From the NCBI RefSeq assembly GCF_001194135.2, contig NC_068991.1, forward strand, positions 53,338,459 through 53,390,346: a stretch of DNA of 51,888 nucleotides, read 5' to 3'. Origin of the DNA: Octopus bimaculoides (lineage: Eukaryota). Below, piece by piece: positions 32,326 through 45,539 of this stretch. Position 1 is the first letter of the stretch. The number at the start of each line of letters is the position of its first letter. Made by a program: the position numbers and the translations under genes. The notes beneath the pieces are model-generated. The model searched no databases. It was given only the letters and a program-made list of their open reading frames with translations, and was not told the DNA's origin.

Positions 32326-35300
32326 TCCTACAGCTTCACTTTGAATTGTTCATCACCACAATTTTCCACAACCTTTTCCCCACTCTCTCACACCTTTCTC
32401 TCTACAATGTCCCTTCTTACTCTCTTCCTCACTTCTTTTCCCTCTTCATCTCATCTTTTTCTTTACTCCACCACCAGGCCAGGCCAAGCCTTCATCCTTT
32501 CTACAAGAATCTACTCCTCCACCAGCTGACACAATTCCTCTCTACTTTCTTTCAGTAATCTGTGGAAGGCTCAGTTCTCCTCTCATCGTTCCAGCCATTG
32601 CTTCCACCATCACCTCATCCTCTGTAGTTTGATGCCACCCCACCCCATACTCTTCCCCATCACTCAGCCTTTTCTTGCTCATTCTTCTCATCTCCCACCA
32701 CACCATTATCTCCCATTGTCAGTCACTCTTTCCACCACTCCTCACTTCCCCTCATTCTATCCTTCCCTGAATCTGCCCCCTGGACTACCCCCCTCTCTCT
32801 CTCTGTCCTACTTCCTACTCTCTTTGCATCTCACCACTTGCCCCAGCCATTCTTCTCTTCATTCTACACCTCAACCATCACCTCTCTGACTTTCTCACCC
32901 ACCAAAAACTGCAAATGCCACTCTCTATTCCACTTCACTTTGTAGCAACACTCCATCTTAATCTCTCATCCCTTACACCCACCCTCAACCATCCCACTGC
33001 TTCCTCCACACCATTACTTCCCACCCTCAACCATTCCGTCTACCACTCACCTCCCCCTCAACACACTGTTGGGACTGTACCGCTCGACCTTCCACTTGGT
33101 CTCTGCTTTGTGCTTTCACATCTTTTGGTGATAAACTTTGAACCCATACCAGCAATGACCAGTTCCTGTCCTGCACAAAAGTATCTACCATCTTCCAAGT
33201 TTCTCCACACCTACTCAGCAATCAGGATTGATTCTCTGACCTGGGTCACTGACCATCCAGATGAACACTGCCAGTTCAGGATCATGGATGTGGCTGTGTG
33301 GTTAACAAACTTTCTTTCCAATCATATGGTTTTAGGTTCTGTCCCACGTTGTGGAACCTTGGGCATGTGTCTTCTACTGTAGTCCCAAGTTGACCAAAGC
33401 CTTGTGAGTAGATTTGGTAGATAGATATTGAAAGATGCCTGTCGTGTATATATATTTATGTGTGTGAGTTTGTGTATGTTTATATCTCTTTGTTTTGGTA
33501 TTGCTCTGTCTGAGCCATCCAAGCATGTAAAAGTGGACGCACACATACATGATAGACTCTCCTGTCGATTTTGTATAAATTCCAGTTGTGCAGTCAACTG
33601 GTTGGCTTACTCATTGAGCATTTTACATGTGTTCCTGTGTAACTTTTGAATGCAGTCAGCTGTCACAACTTCCACTGGTGCACATGCAGAAATCAATTGT
33701 CATTTCCACTCAATGTATATAGATTTTGCTCCAGCCATTACTATTTCCAAATGTGGTTCTGTGGCTACAAATAGTTAGGAATGGGACCATATGGACACAA
33801 GAAGTGGCTAAAAAGAAAATGTAACAAGGTCTGTTGTATGTAAGAAGAAGAAAAATGAGACAGAGGTAAAAATAACTATTAGGGCACATGCATATATTTC
33901 ATTACCATTTTCATCTTTTAGTCCCCGTATTCCATGCTAGCAAGGGTTGGATGATTTGACAGGATCCAACAGGTCAGAAGACTGTTTCAAGTGCCAATGT
34001 CTGTTTTTGGCATGACTTCTATGGCTGGATGCCCTTTTTATCATCAACCATTTAGGAGGGTGTACTGGGTGCTTTTCCATGTCACTGGCACTACTGAGGT
34101 CACCAAGTAGCTTGCAAGACAAGGGCCCTTGATTGAAGGGTGGCGTGTAGTATTACTTGTTTTAGTCATTAGACTGGCCATGCTGGGGCACCACCTTGAA
34201 GAATTCTTAGTCAAATGAATCAACCCCAGTGCTTATTTTTATCAAAGCCTGATACTTAGTCTATTGGTCTTTTTTGCTTAAGTGCTAAGTTACAGGGACG
34301 CAAATACACCAACACCAGTTGTCAAGTGGTGATGGGCACACACACTCACACACAAATGGAAAAGGAAGTCTCCCAACAGAGGGACCAGATGTCCTAGTTG
34401 ACAGCAACATGATAAATAAGGCAATATACATATATTCTTTTACTTGTTCCAGTCATTTGACTGTGGCCATTCTTTGTAAGCCCAGTACTTATTCTATCAG
34501 TCTCTTTTGCTGAACTGCTAAGTTATGGGGACATAAACACACCAGCATCAGTTGTCAAGCGATGTTAGGGGGAACAAACACAAGCACACAAATGCACGCG
34601 CNNNNNNNNNNNNNNNNNNNNNNNNNNNNNNNNNNNNNNNNNNNNNNNNNNNNNNNNNNNNNNNNNNNNNNNNNNNNNNNNNNNNNNNNNNNNNNNNNNN
34701 NNNNNNNNNNNNNNNNNNNNNNNNNNNNNNNNNNNNNNNNNNNNNNNNNNNNNNNNNNNNNNNNNNNNNNNNNNNNNNNNNNNNNNNNNNNNNNNNNNNN
34801 NNNNNNNNNNNNNNNNNNNNNNNNNNNNNNNNNNNNNNNNNNNNNNNNNNNNNNNNNNNNNNNNNNNNNNNNNNNNNNNNNNNNNNNNNNNNNNNNNNNN
34901 NNNNNNNNNNNNNNNNNNNNNNNNNNNNNNNNNNNNNNNNNNNNNNNNNNNNNNNNNNNNNNNNNNNNNNNNNNNNTATATATATATAATACTTAGTTAG
35001 ATATTCAAATACACCTCTTTCTTCAGAGTTATATATTTCAATGATATTGATCAATTTTCTATGTTAGATGTTTGGAAATCTCACTGCCAAATAATAACCA
35101 GATAAATCTATCTAGCTATTTATTTATCTATGTAAGAAATGAGACCCAGACACACAAAAAGGCAGCTGTAAATAGCTTTTAGAACCTCTGAGTGTTGAAT
35201 TTGTTTGACAATCCAATAATTATCATTGGTGACAATATGGTATTGATGAACCCATTAACTCACATGTTTGTGTCAATATCATTTTGTACTTGAAAGAACT

Positions 35301-37295
35301 GTAAACAGTCTTTTGATATTATGTCGAGTACAAACAACTTTACAGTGTGGATGAATTCAGGTGATGCCAAGATGATGCTTGTATCAATTTATGTTGTCAT
35401 ATATCTAACAGATATCTATAAAACTGATAGCATTAAGAAGACTTCCAACTGAATAAATATACAGCATTTTCTCTGTCTGTCTGTCTATCCTACTGCCTCT
35501 CTCCCTTTCTTTAAGCCAAAGCTGCCCATAAATACGATGGCTATGACTGCAGATGCCTATCAACATGCATCAGCTTGCTCAGGTTGAGTGTTTTCATTGA
35601 AACACTTAATGTAAAACTCAACAATGTCACCAATATTGATTGAAACCAACTTGCCTGCCTGGCTTGGTTTAATCATTTTGCACCTGTTTGCCCATTTCTT
35701 CACTCATTCTTGATACCTTAGTTGCTATGCTTTTGGAGTGAACCCAGGCCCGCATGGTTATCAAGCAGACTCCTTAACCACTTGGCCATGCTTTTAAAAA
35801 TTATGACCATTCATTTTTTTTATATTCCATGATAAGTGCAGATGTGGTTTGCTTCCAAACCACATGGTTTCAAATTCAGTCCCACTACATAACACCATAG
35901 GCAAGTGTCTCCTTCTATAAAGAAGCCTTCCATGTGTGTGTGTGTGTGTGTGTGTCTGCTTTCCATGTTTGCATGGGTTAGATGGTTTGACTAAAATTGG
36001 TAAGCTGTAGGGCTACATCAGATTCCGATCTGATTAGGCATGGATACTACAGCTGGATGCCCTTCCTAACGCCAACCACTCCAAGGATGTAATAGGTGCT
36101 TTTTACGTGCCAGTTGTGTGACACTGGCATATCGCCAAAGGTCTTGGTCACTTATCATCATCATCAACATCCGTTTTCCATGCTGGCATGGGTTGGACAG
36201 TATATATACACACACACATAATTATATTTGTATGAAAATGTAAATATTATTAAAATAACATTAACATCCAGCAAGAATAAAGCACCATATAGGTAGAATT
36301 ATAAATATATAAAGCAGGTGTACACAAAGTGCATATGAAGAAAATTATTCAGAAATAGTTTGATATTTATATATATTGTACAATATATATAAATATTAAA
36401 CTATTTCTGGATAATTTTCTTTTCCTCCCTCTATTGTGGTATAAGTTTGGTATATGCTTAAAAGTATCCATAAATTTCTATCCTTTTGTTAATATATTCT
36501 TCTTAATAACCCTCAGAATAGCCATAAACTTTATCAGTATGCAATATAGCAACATTGTTTTAAAGCATTTAACTATAGTACTACATGATAAGACTTCCCC
36601 TGTTTCATTATCAATGGTCTGTTAGTGGGCGAACCCCCCCCCCCCTTAGTTGTCAGCCAACATCTTGTTTTAAGTTTTCTTTTACCAAACCTCATGATTT
36701 TTATGACTATGCCAACCATGATTTCTGTCTGCTCTCTCACCCCTACCCCTAACAGATAATGCCCTTTATTCTCTTAAGCTTTAGATATACAAGGTTTGAT
36801 AAGCTAGTCTATGAATCAAAACTAAAAAACAAATAAAATCAGTGACAGACAGAGTCTTCTTGACATTTTATTTATTAGTTTCCATGGTGTAGCTAAAGCA
36901 AAATGTTCCCTGTCTGTCTCCTTAACTTGGAGATTTTAGGTATAATTATACTAATGTGTCCATCTGTTCTAATTTAATTAAATTCTATGCCTTTGTGAGC
37001 TGAGGATTGCTCTGCATTTTAACTTGATGCAATGATTACATTGTTCAATTAAATGGAGTTGCATGAAACGATCGTACTGCATTACCTCTGGATATCCTTG
37101 TTGCTTATTTTGATTTTAATCACCTTACTTTGAAATGGTATGAATAATACCATACTAAATTCTGGTGCTTAAACTTAAGTACCATTTTCACCTGAATTTC
37201 TCTCTCTCCCCCCCTCTCTCTCTCTCTTTCTCCCCCTCTCTCTCTCTCTCCAAACAGGGGAAACAGAACTCAAAGTATATATATTTTTTTATTAA

Positions 37296-37811
37296 CCCTT
37301 TGTAGGGTGGCGGGACTGGAATTACACAAAAGGTCTTTGGGGTCCCCTTTTATTTTTGCATATTTCTGCACTATCCATAAAGTAGCATTTGTTTAATCTT
37401 GTATATATGTGTAAGTGCATGATACAGAACAAATTTAGCACTTTTTTTTATAGTTTCATAAACTATACGTATGGCACTAAATATGAAATAAAAACTAAAA
37501 GAAAAAAGTATATCGATTCATACCAGTACAAATATGAAGAAAATTGACTTATAGTTCATCAGAATATCTGAAAAAGAACAGAAAAAAAATTTCATCGAAG
37601 GCCAATGGGGTCCAGTTGGACCCCAGTGACCATATTTTATGCTATAACATCCATATAACTGGAAGTTTTTAACTCAAAATTTGTATGTGCCTACATAAAC
37701 TATTGCCAATAAAAGTCATGAGATCTAAAATCACTTAAATAAAAAATGTGGAAGTTGCATAACTTTTAAAATTTGCTGGGATTCCAAGGGACCGCACTGG
37801 CCCACGATGGG
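37296..37811. mobile_element. piggyBac-like non-autonomous element
   Basis: TTAA|CCC at 37292-37298 and GGG|TTAA at 37809-37815; weak TIRs; internal hairpin tggggtcca-gt-tggacccca at 37606-37625. Confidence 0.55.
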
Positions 37812-39209
37812 TTAATATTTAGCAGAACCAACAGAGTGATACCAGAGTCGAGAGTTTTGTGCATTGGCACTGACATCGTTCGATAGTTGTAAATAATTAT
37901 CACTGTCATACAAGTAGTGTCATTCATTTCCAGTATTCTGTGGAGAGATGTCTGGCGATTGGGAAATATTACCTTGCTTGGAATCAGGTGAGGGTTGGCG
38001 ATGAGAATGGCATCTGGCCATAGAAAACCTGCTTGATAAACTCTGTTCCACCCATACAACCTGAACGTTAAATTGATGATGATGATGATGATTTACTAAT
38101 TTCCTGGCCTTAAGTTTTTCATTACTTCTCACTCACACTACTATCTTTATGAAAAAGAAATCATGTTCTTTTATTCTTAGTGCTATTCTTCCCTTCACTA
38201 ATATATTAAACATTTTTTTCTAAATTGGCTATGGTTTTTATGCTTGTGTTGTTTTTCCATTCCAGCATTGGTTTAATGTTGTTTTATTAAAAAAAAAAAA
38301 AAAATGGAAAAAATAACTGTCTTTACTGTAAACAGTGTGAATTTTATTAAATAACTTTTCTTACTTCTAAAGACACTTGTGTTTACGCTGTGAAATATAT
38401 TCTTTTACTTATATACAGTCTCAGTCAAAATTAAAAAAATATATATCTGCATATAAAGATATATACACATATGTGTGTGTGTTTACATGTATGTGTGTGT
38501 GTTTTATATAATATGCATATAGGTATATTATGTATATATCAAATGTGTATGAATAAATAGTCTGTGTATGTATATATATATATGTGTGTGTGAGTATTTA
38601 TTTGTATATATATATGTTTGTATGTTTATGTGTGTGTATATGTTTGTATGTTTATATGTGCGTGTATATGTTTATATGTGTGTGTATATGTTTGTATGTT
38701 TATATATATGTGTTTATATGTGAATGTAGATATATGTATCTATGTATGTGTGTGTGTGTGTGTGTGTGTTCATGTGTGTGAGACAACCGTCTTTTAGTTT
38801 CCATCTGCCATGTATATTTTCAGGGCTTTGGTGGGGACACTTATCCATGGGGCAGTAGTTGGGAGGTTTGCTTCTCAACCACATCATTTCAGATTTTGTT
38901 CCCCTGCATGATGCTTTGAGCAGGTGTCTTCTACTGTGGCCCTGGGTTGACCAAAGCCTTGTGAGTGGATCTGGTAGACAGAAGCTGAGGAGGCCCTTTG
39001 TGTGTCTCCTTGTCTTGACATCTCACAATAGTTATGAATGAGTGCCTCTTTCATACAAGTGGCATCCTTTATTTCCAATCTTCTGTGAAAATATGTCTGA
39101 CCATGAGGGAATATTACTTTGTTTGAAATCAGCTGAGAGTTGGCTGTAGAAGATTTGGCTCAACAAATTCCGTCTGACCCATGCTGCTGGCATGGAAAAG
39201 TAGGCATTA

Positions 39210-40660
39210 AAAATGACTGTGATACCTTTATGTTGATGCACTTGGCAAGCTGTGGATTGATCTTTATTGAACTTTCCAGTCCTACTATAAATATCAAGGA
39301 AGCATATTCAGCTTCTTGTCAAACCTAGCAGAACAGATTACCTTCTTGTTCTGCAGTGAGTTTGGGTTCATTCCCATTGACATATGCTATTAGTATGTCA
39401 ACATTGTATGCTGCATCTTTTGAAATTCCTGTTACTAGTTTTAATTGTTGGAGTTCTTGATTGTTTACATCTTTGAACTTGTCAATGTAAGCTGCATCAT
39501 AGATTTAATCTGTGTATTCTATTTCCATTTTGTGGTGCATCTATGGGATTTGATGTTTAAAAGCTTTAGCAGTCTCTGCTTGATACCTGAACCGAAGGTG
39601 ACAGAGATTGGATGTCTCAGTATTTTAACAGTGAAAAGGACCCTAAAACTCTTGGATGTTTGAAATACAATATATTCCTACTATATTGTGACCCACATGC
39701 CATTACACTCTAGCAATCCAAGTAGAGGTTGTGCAGGCTCGACCATTTACTGTTAGAAGATCTTGAAATGAACTTGAACCTTGTACTTTGTGGGGAGGAG
39801 TTACAGGAAGAAGCATTCATGCTGACTGGGGTGTACAATATAATCTCTTCTTGATATTATCAAAACTTGTCAGATTGGCTTTCAGCAGGGGCACTTTGCT
39901 TTCTTCATCTCCATTCCTTGTTGTTCCATGTATAGTAAAACAAAATATGATGGTGCAACAATGGTTTTGCAAATGGACCATAATACTGGCTCAGCTTGAA
40001 AAAGCTGTAATCATTATGTTTCTTGGAATTTATGTTTGCTGTATAGCAGTTGTTTGAATAAAGTAAACCACTTTGACCATTTAACTAGTTGACAAGTTGA
40101 ATGCTAAGATATCTTCATGAAAGTGTTAGCCTCATTGCTCCTGACACATCGTCTCTGCTGCAATTGAGGGACTTCACTATGGCTATTTTGCTTTGTTAGA
40201 AAACCATTGCAGCATCATATACCTTGACATATTCACAAATTGCATTTAATTATGTAACTCAAAAATGAAGTACCCATTAAATGCCTTGACCAAGAATGCA
40301 CAGTAGTGAATTAGCCAGCTGTTGTTCTTTTCATGTTGTCCAACCATAATTTAGATACCTCTACCTTTTGGTGTTCTTCTGTAAAAGGGATAGCCATCTC
40401 CACCTGTTTGGGTCTCCTTGATAAAAGGAAACTATTTAGTACATTTGTTGTCTTCCGTATAAAGTGAATTCCTGTTGATGATACTTTGGGGAGGACTATG
40501 AACCAACTGGGTTTTGATAATACTGAAGAGTTCTTTCCCCTGGCAAGTGTCTGGTAGCTCCTCAGATCTGATGGAATCAATTTGATTGGACTGACTTGTT
40601 AACGAGATTAAAATGTGTGCATGTACCAGGCCCTCTTTTTCCATGGCATTAGTGATGAAA
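39210..40660 (-). pseudogene. Helitron RepHel relic (HUH Rep region through Pif1 helicase Walker A)
   Basis: GLVHAHIL (HAH at 40615-40623; cf. KRGLPHAHIL), IDSIRSEELPD, DNKCTK, GDGYPFYRR, CVRSNEA, TAFFKL...YYTWNNKEWR, VHPSQHECFFL, SSFQDLLTVNG, FLDIYSRTGK (39272-39301; cf. FLDAPGGTGKT). Many stops and frameshifts. Confidence 0.85.
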
Positions 40661-41496
40661 AAATCATTTATAGCAAATTATTACATAAATAGCTACACTT
40701 GGTCATGGCTAAAATTTGAACTCACATCCACAAAACTTGACTTTTTAAATTAAAAGGCTGACATATTAATTTCTGACATGCATAGCAACATTATCGGTAG
40801 CAGCTCTGCATTAATTAAGACTTGACTTTTGCTAATCAGAAATAAATAACAAGAGATAGCTAGATAGATAAGCAGGCAGGCAGGGAACTCTAGTAAGATT
40901 GAGTTGGTATAATTAGTAAGAATATTTTAGATATTTATTTAGGATTAGAGATGTTATAGAACTTTCCTTATGGGATAACAACAAGTCTGTCATTAGTTGG
41001 TTTAAATTAATGAGAAACATAGCTGTAAGTTTACTCAGACTTTTACCCATCTATAACCAGACCTCTGCTATTAAAAGCTATGGATTTCACTAAGGCATAC
41101 ACACCCACCCATTAGTGGCTCAGATACTGATACCATCCTGCACACCAGGAAATCATTATTTTTAAACAATTCTTAGTTGAGAAAAATAGGAATAATTAGT
41201 TTGATGTACAACAGAATTATGCATAGTTAAGATGCACCTATTCTGGATTCTTTACACAAAGAATTTCAAAACTTAAGTACAGGTATATACAGAGATGATG
41301 GACATATTAGTATCTGTAAAATTAATGGTCATGAGCTTGATAGGCTTAAGAAGGATCTGATTGTGTTTATCCAGTTTATGAGTTTAAGGATCATAGTTGA
41401 TACAAACCTAGTAGTGTCAACTTCTTAGATATTATTCTAGATTTAGAATCTAGCAGGTTTAGGCCTTACTGCAAGCCTAGTGAAAGACTGTTCTAT

Positions 41497-42910
41497 CATC
41501 ATCATCATCATCATCATCGTTTAACGTCCGCTTTCCATGCTAGCATGGGTTGGACGATTTGACTGAGGACTGGTGAAACCGGATGGCAACACCAGGCTCC
41601 AGTCTGATTTGGCAGAGTTTCTACAGCTGGATGCCCTTCCTAACGCCAACCACTCAGAGAGTGTAGTGGGTGCTTTTACGTGTCACCCGCACGAAAACGG
41701 CCACGCTTGAAATGGTGTCTTTTATGTGCCACCNNNNNNNNNNNNNNNNNNNNNNNNNNNNNNNNNNNNNNNNNNNNNNNNNNNNNNNNNNNNNNNNNNN
41801 NNNNNNNNNNNNNNNNNNNNNNNNNNNNNNNNNNNNNNNNNNNNNNNNNNNNNNNNNNNNNNNNNNNNNNNNNNNNNNNNNNNNNNNNNNNNNNNNNNNN
41901 NNNNNNNNNNNNNNNNNNNNNNNNNNNNNNNNNNNNNNNNNNNNNNNNNNNNNNNNNNNNNNNNNNNNNNNNNNNNNNNNNNNNNNNNNNNNNNNNNNNN
42001 NNNNNNNNNNNNNNNNNNNNNNNNNNNNNNNNNNNNNNNNNNNNNNNNNNNNNNNNNNNNNNNNNNNNNNNNNNNNNNNNNNNNNNNNNNNNNNNNNNNN
42101 NNNNNNNNNNNNNNNNNNNNNNNNNNNNNNNNNNNNNNNNNNNNNNNNNNNNNNNNNNNNNNNNNNNNNNNNNNNNNNNNNNNNNNNNNNNNNNNNNNNN
42201 NNNNNNNNNNNNNNNNNNNNNNNNNNNNNNNNNNNNNNNNNNNNNNNNNNNNNNNNNNNNNNNNNNNNNNNNNNNNNNNNNNNNNNNNNNNNNNNNNNNN
42301 NNNNNNNNNNNNNNNNNNNNNNNNNNNNNNNNNNNNNNNNNNNNNNNNNNNNNNNNNNNNNNNNNNNNNNNNNNNNNNNNNNNNNNNNNNNNNNNNNNNN
42401 NNNNNNNNNNNNNNNNNNNNNNNNNNNNNNNNNNNNNNNNNNNNNNNNNNNNNNNNNNNNNNNNNNNNNNNNNNNNNNNNNNNNNNNNNNNNNNNNNNNN
42501 NNNNNNNNNNNNNNNNNNNNNNNNNNNNNNNNNNNNNNNNNNNNNNNNNNNNTCTTTATTGCACCTGAACATCTGCCACAAACAAAAACTAACTTGCTAG
42601 TTAACCTGCCTTTGATGTTGCTGCACCTCTTATGTGTCCATAGCTTGCACCGGGTACATCTTATAGAGTTACTACCTACTCCTTTTCTACATACTGAGCA
42701 GGGCCATCTACCTGAAGGGGTTTGTGTTTTATCTACCTTCCTACTTATTAGGATTTTGGTTTTAGCTAGGTTGACTCTAAGGCCCTTCAATTCTAGACCT
42801 TGCTTCCACACCTGAAACTTCTCCTCTAGTTCTGATAGTGACTCCGCAATTAGGGCAAGGTCATCAGCATAGAGGAGCTCCCAGGGGCAACCTGTCTTGA
42901 ACTCCTCTTT
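41497..42910 (-). mobile_element. Young 5'-truncated RTE-clade LINE: RT with YADD, PHD-type finger, 819-N gap, 3' UTR and (GAT)n tail
   Basis: EEFKTGCPWELLYADDLALIAESLSELEEKFQVWKQGLELKGLRVNLAKTK (YADD 42860-42871); open frame to the gap at 42553; 3' end ...catgctagcatggaaagcggacgttaaacgatgatgatg at 41497-41733. Confidence 0.92.
41734..42552. other. Assembly gap (largest of eight)
   Basis: N runs: 1446-1775, 3740-3749, 6563-6740, 10586-10837, 21549-21648, 23219-23499, 34602-34976, 41734-42552. Confidence 0.99.
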
Positions 42911-43467
42911 TGTCTTTTCTTTGTTACTATTATCAGACTGCAGTCATGCTGGGGCACCACCTTGAAGGGTTTTTAGTTGAACAGATCAACCCCAGGACTT
43001 TTTCTTTTAAAGCCTAGTACTTATTCTATTGATCTCTTTTGCCAAACTGCTAAGTTACAGGGATGTAACCACACCAATGCTGGTTGTCAAGTGGTGATGG
43101 TGGGGACAAGGACAAACACAAAAACACACATACATACATACATATAACACACACACACACACACACACACATATTCCACGGGCTTCTTTCAGTTTTTATC
43201 TACCAAATCCACTCACAAGGCTTTGGTTGGCCTGACGCTATAGTAGAAGACACTTGCCTAAGGTACCATGCAGTGGGACTGAACCTGGAACCAAGTGAAT
43301 TATTATCATCCACCTTGTGTAAGATCTCCTTTTTGTCAGTGGATGAGGCAACCTTCAACATGGCCTCATCTTACTAAAACAATGCTCTTAGAAATTGTGG
43401 GTTCTCTGAGCAGATCCATTATGTAGACAATAAAAATAAACCCAGGAGATTTCACAGAATTCAGACT

Positions 43468-44062
43468 AGAAAGGATTTGTGGTTCAGTTCAACATTTATT
43501 ATGAATGTTAGGGCTAATATACCCAGGGAACTCTTAAATTTAATATCTAGGCATGTTTCCAGGTAGCATAAGTATTAGAGAATATTTGACTGAAGTATCC
43601 TAAAAGTTGTAAGCACTTTGTCTTGGTTAACCAACAGAATGTGAGAAGACTTGCTGAAGCTAATGGAAAAGAAAATAACCTTATATCTAATTGTACAAAC
43701 CCTAAAAACTGCCTCTTAAATGGCGACTGGCTGACCAAAGAAGTTGTATATAGATATAAGGTTTAAGTTGATAATAGACTTGTATAAAAACTCACAGTGG
43801 AGTTAGAGAAAGCAGCTTCAAGATGAGGTTTTATCTGCACAAAATTTCTTCCAAATATCCAGAGTATTGGTCCTCAATGAATCTAGTCAAACATGTATGG
43901 CAATTGAAAGAAGCTGATTCAGTTCCTTTCAAAATGTTCTGGTCAGTCCTAGAAAAAGCAACACTATACAGACATGGGTTCTACTATTATTTCTTGAAAT
44001 ATTTGTTATGTTTCAGTGAGAAGTATTTTATGCTTTTTCAGTGTAAATCAGCTTTAAGCTGA
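43468..44062 (+). mobile_element. Second Penelope-like relic (Cys linker plus GIY-YIG), Hydra-clade-like
   Basis: RKDLWFSSTFIMNVRANIPRELLNLISRH; NCTNPKNCLLNGDWLTKEVVYRYKV (43689-43763); MRFYLHK...NLVKHVWQLKE...WSVLEKA...LLCFSEKYFML. Confidence 0.78.
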
Positions 44063-45263
44063 AAATCTTATTTATTGAACAGACATTTTTCAAATCATAA
44101 ATATATACATATAACCGTTTCTCCCTACTGCATATTGTTACTCTTTTTATTATTATTTGGATATGTTGGATGTGTTCTTATCTTATTATTGATTCCCTCT
44201 GACCATCCCATTTGATCCTTGTACAAATTTTTTTTTTACAGTTTTTACTTTATATGGCTTTCCATTGATCAAGTTATAAGTTATACATATGGTTTTGGCT
44301 CTAAACAGTTTTATGTTATTTTTCATACTGGAAATTATTGCACCAAGTTTGAATTTATTGATTTGTTTTTTCCATGTCCTTATTTACTTTTGAAGTCATA
44401 AGTCATCCGTTTTACTTTAAATCAATTTTTCTGCGTCTGTGTTTTACACACACACACACATAGGGCAAGATTTGAAAATTTTCGAGAAGTGATATTGCAA
44501 AATCATGTTAGCTTTGACTGGATATAGTTTGGCTTTATACTACAATGCGGAACTACAAGAACCGGTTTCCTTGTGAAGAACTGCAAAAAATGTTAATGTA
44601 AACTAAACATTTTGCCTTTGCATTTGTTGACCTTAGACTGCCAGCTGTATATTCTCTTTTCTCCTTCTTCTGACAGCTGTTTGGGCAGTGAGTGATGTGT
44701 GCAAAGTAAAGATCAATATTGAATACTGTGTATTTTGTATTCATTGACCAGAGCTGTTGTCTTCCTCTCAGTTCTCTCCAACTTGAGGGTTTCTATATGT
44801 TGATGGCCTGATTGTTGGTGAAGCATATATCAAAAGACCTTTGAAGAATTGTCACAAACCAAAAGTTATAGTCTCCAATCCAAAGTTTTAGCAGTTTATA
44901 TGCATCATCATCATCATACGCCTGTTTTCCATGCTGGCATAGGTTGAATGGTTTGTCTAGAGCTGGCAAGTAGGAGAGCTGCACTAGGTTTCAGTCTGAT
45001 TTGGCATGTTTCCTATGGCTGGATGCTTTTTATGTGGCACCTGCACAGGTGCTATTATGTATCACTGACACGGAAGCTTTTAATGTGATGCTAGCATGGG
45101 TGCTTTTTACATGGCACTCAAATATTTATTCATAACAGAACCACAAAATAGTTTGGGGGCTGCTACTTTTGTTGGTTAAAAGTGCAGCTGTTTTGGCATC
45201 AATGATTTGATGCTGACTTATTTGACATCAGATGTTTTAATGCTCCCCTTGTTCTCTCTCTCT

Positions 45264-45404
45264 TCCCTGCCCATTCCTCTTCCCTGCCCATTCCTCTCCC
45301 CTGCCCATTCCTCTCCCCTGCCCATTCCTCTCCCCTGCCCATTCCTCTCCCCTGTCCATTCCTCTCCCCTGCCCATTCCTCTCCCCTGCCCATTCCTCTC
45401 TCCC
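45264..45404. repeat. Minisatellite, 17-bp unit CTGCCCATTCCTCTCCC, 8 copies
   Basis: Units start at 45267, 45284, 45301, 45318, 45335, 45352, 45369, 45386. Confidence 0.95.
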
Positions 45405-45504
45405 TCTCTTTCTCTGTTTATGTGTCTGATCATATTTCTCTTCATGTGTATAAGGAGAAGGAAAGTGTTCATGCCAATTGTGTTCAATTAATAACTTGTA
45501 ATAG

Positions 45505-45539
<35 letters not shown>

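Noticed and set aside
32256-33382. Pro/Leu/Ser/His-rich ORFs of 86-155 aa
   Set aside because: A C/T-skewed tract lacks stop codons by composition.
45199-45491. Repetitive GRGEEW / PLPCP ORFs
   Set aside because: Three-frame cycling of the 17-bp minisatellite.
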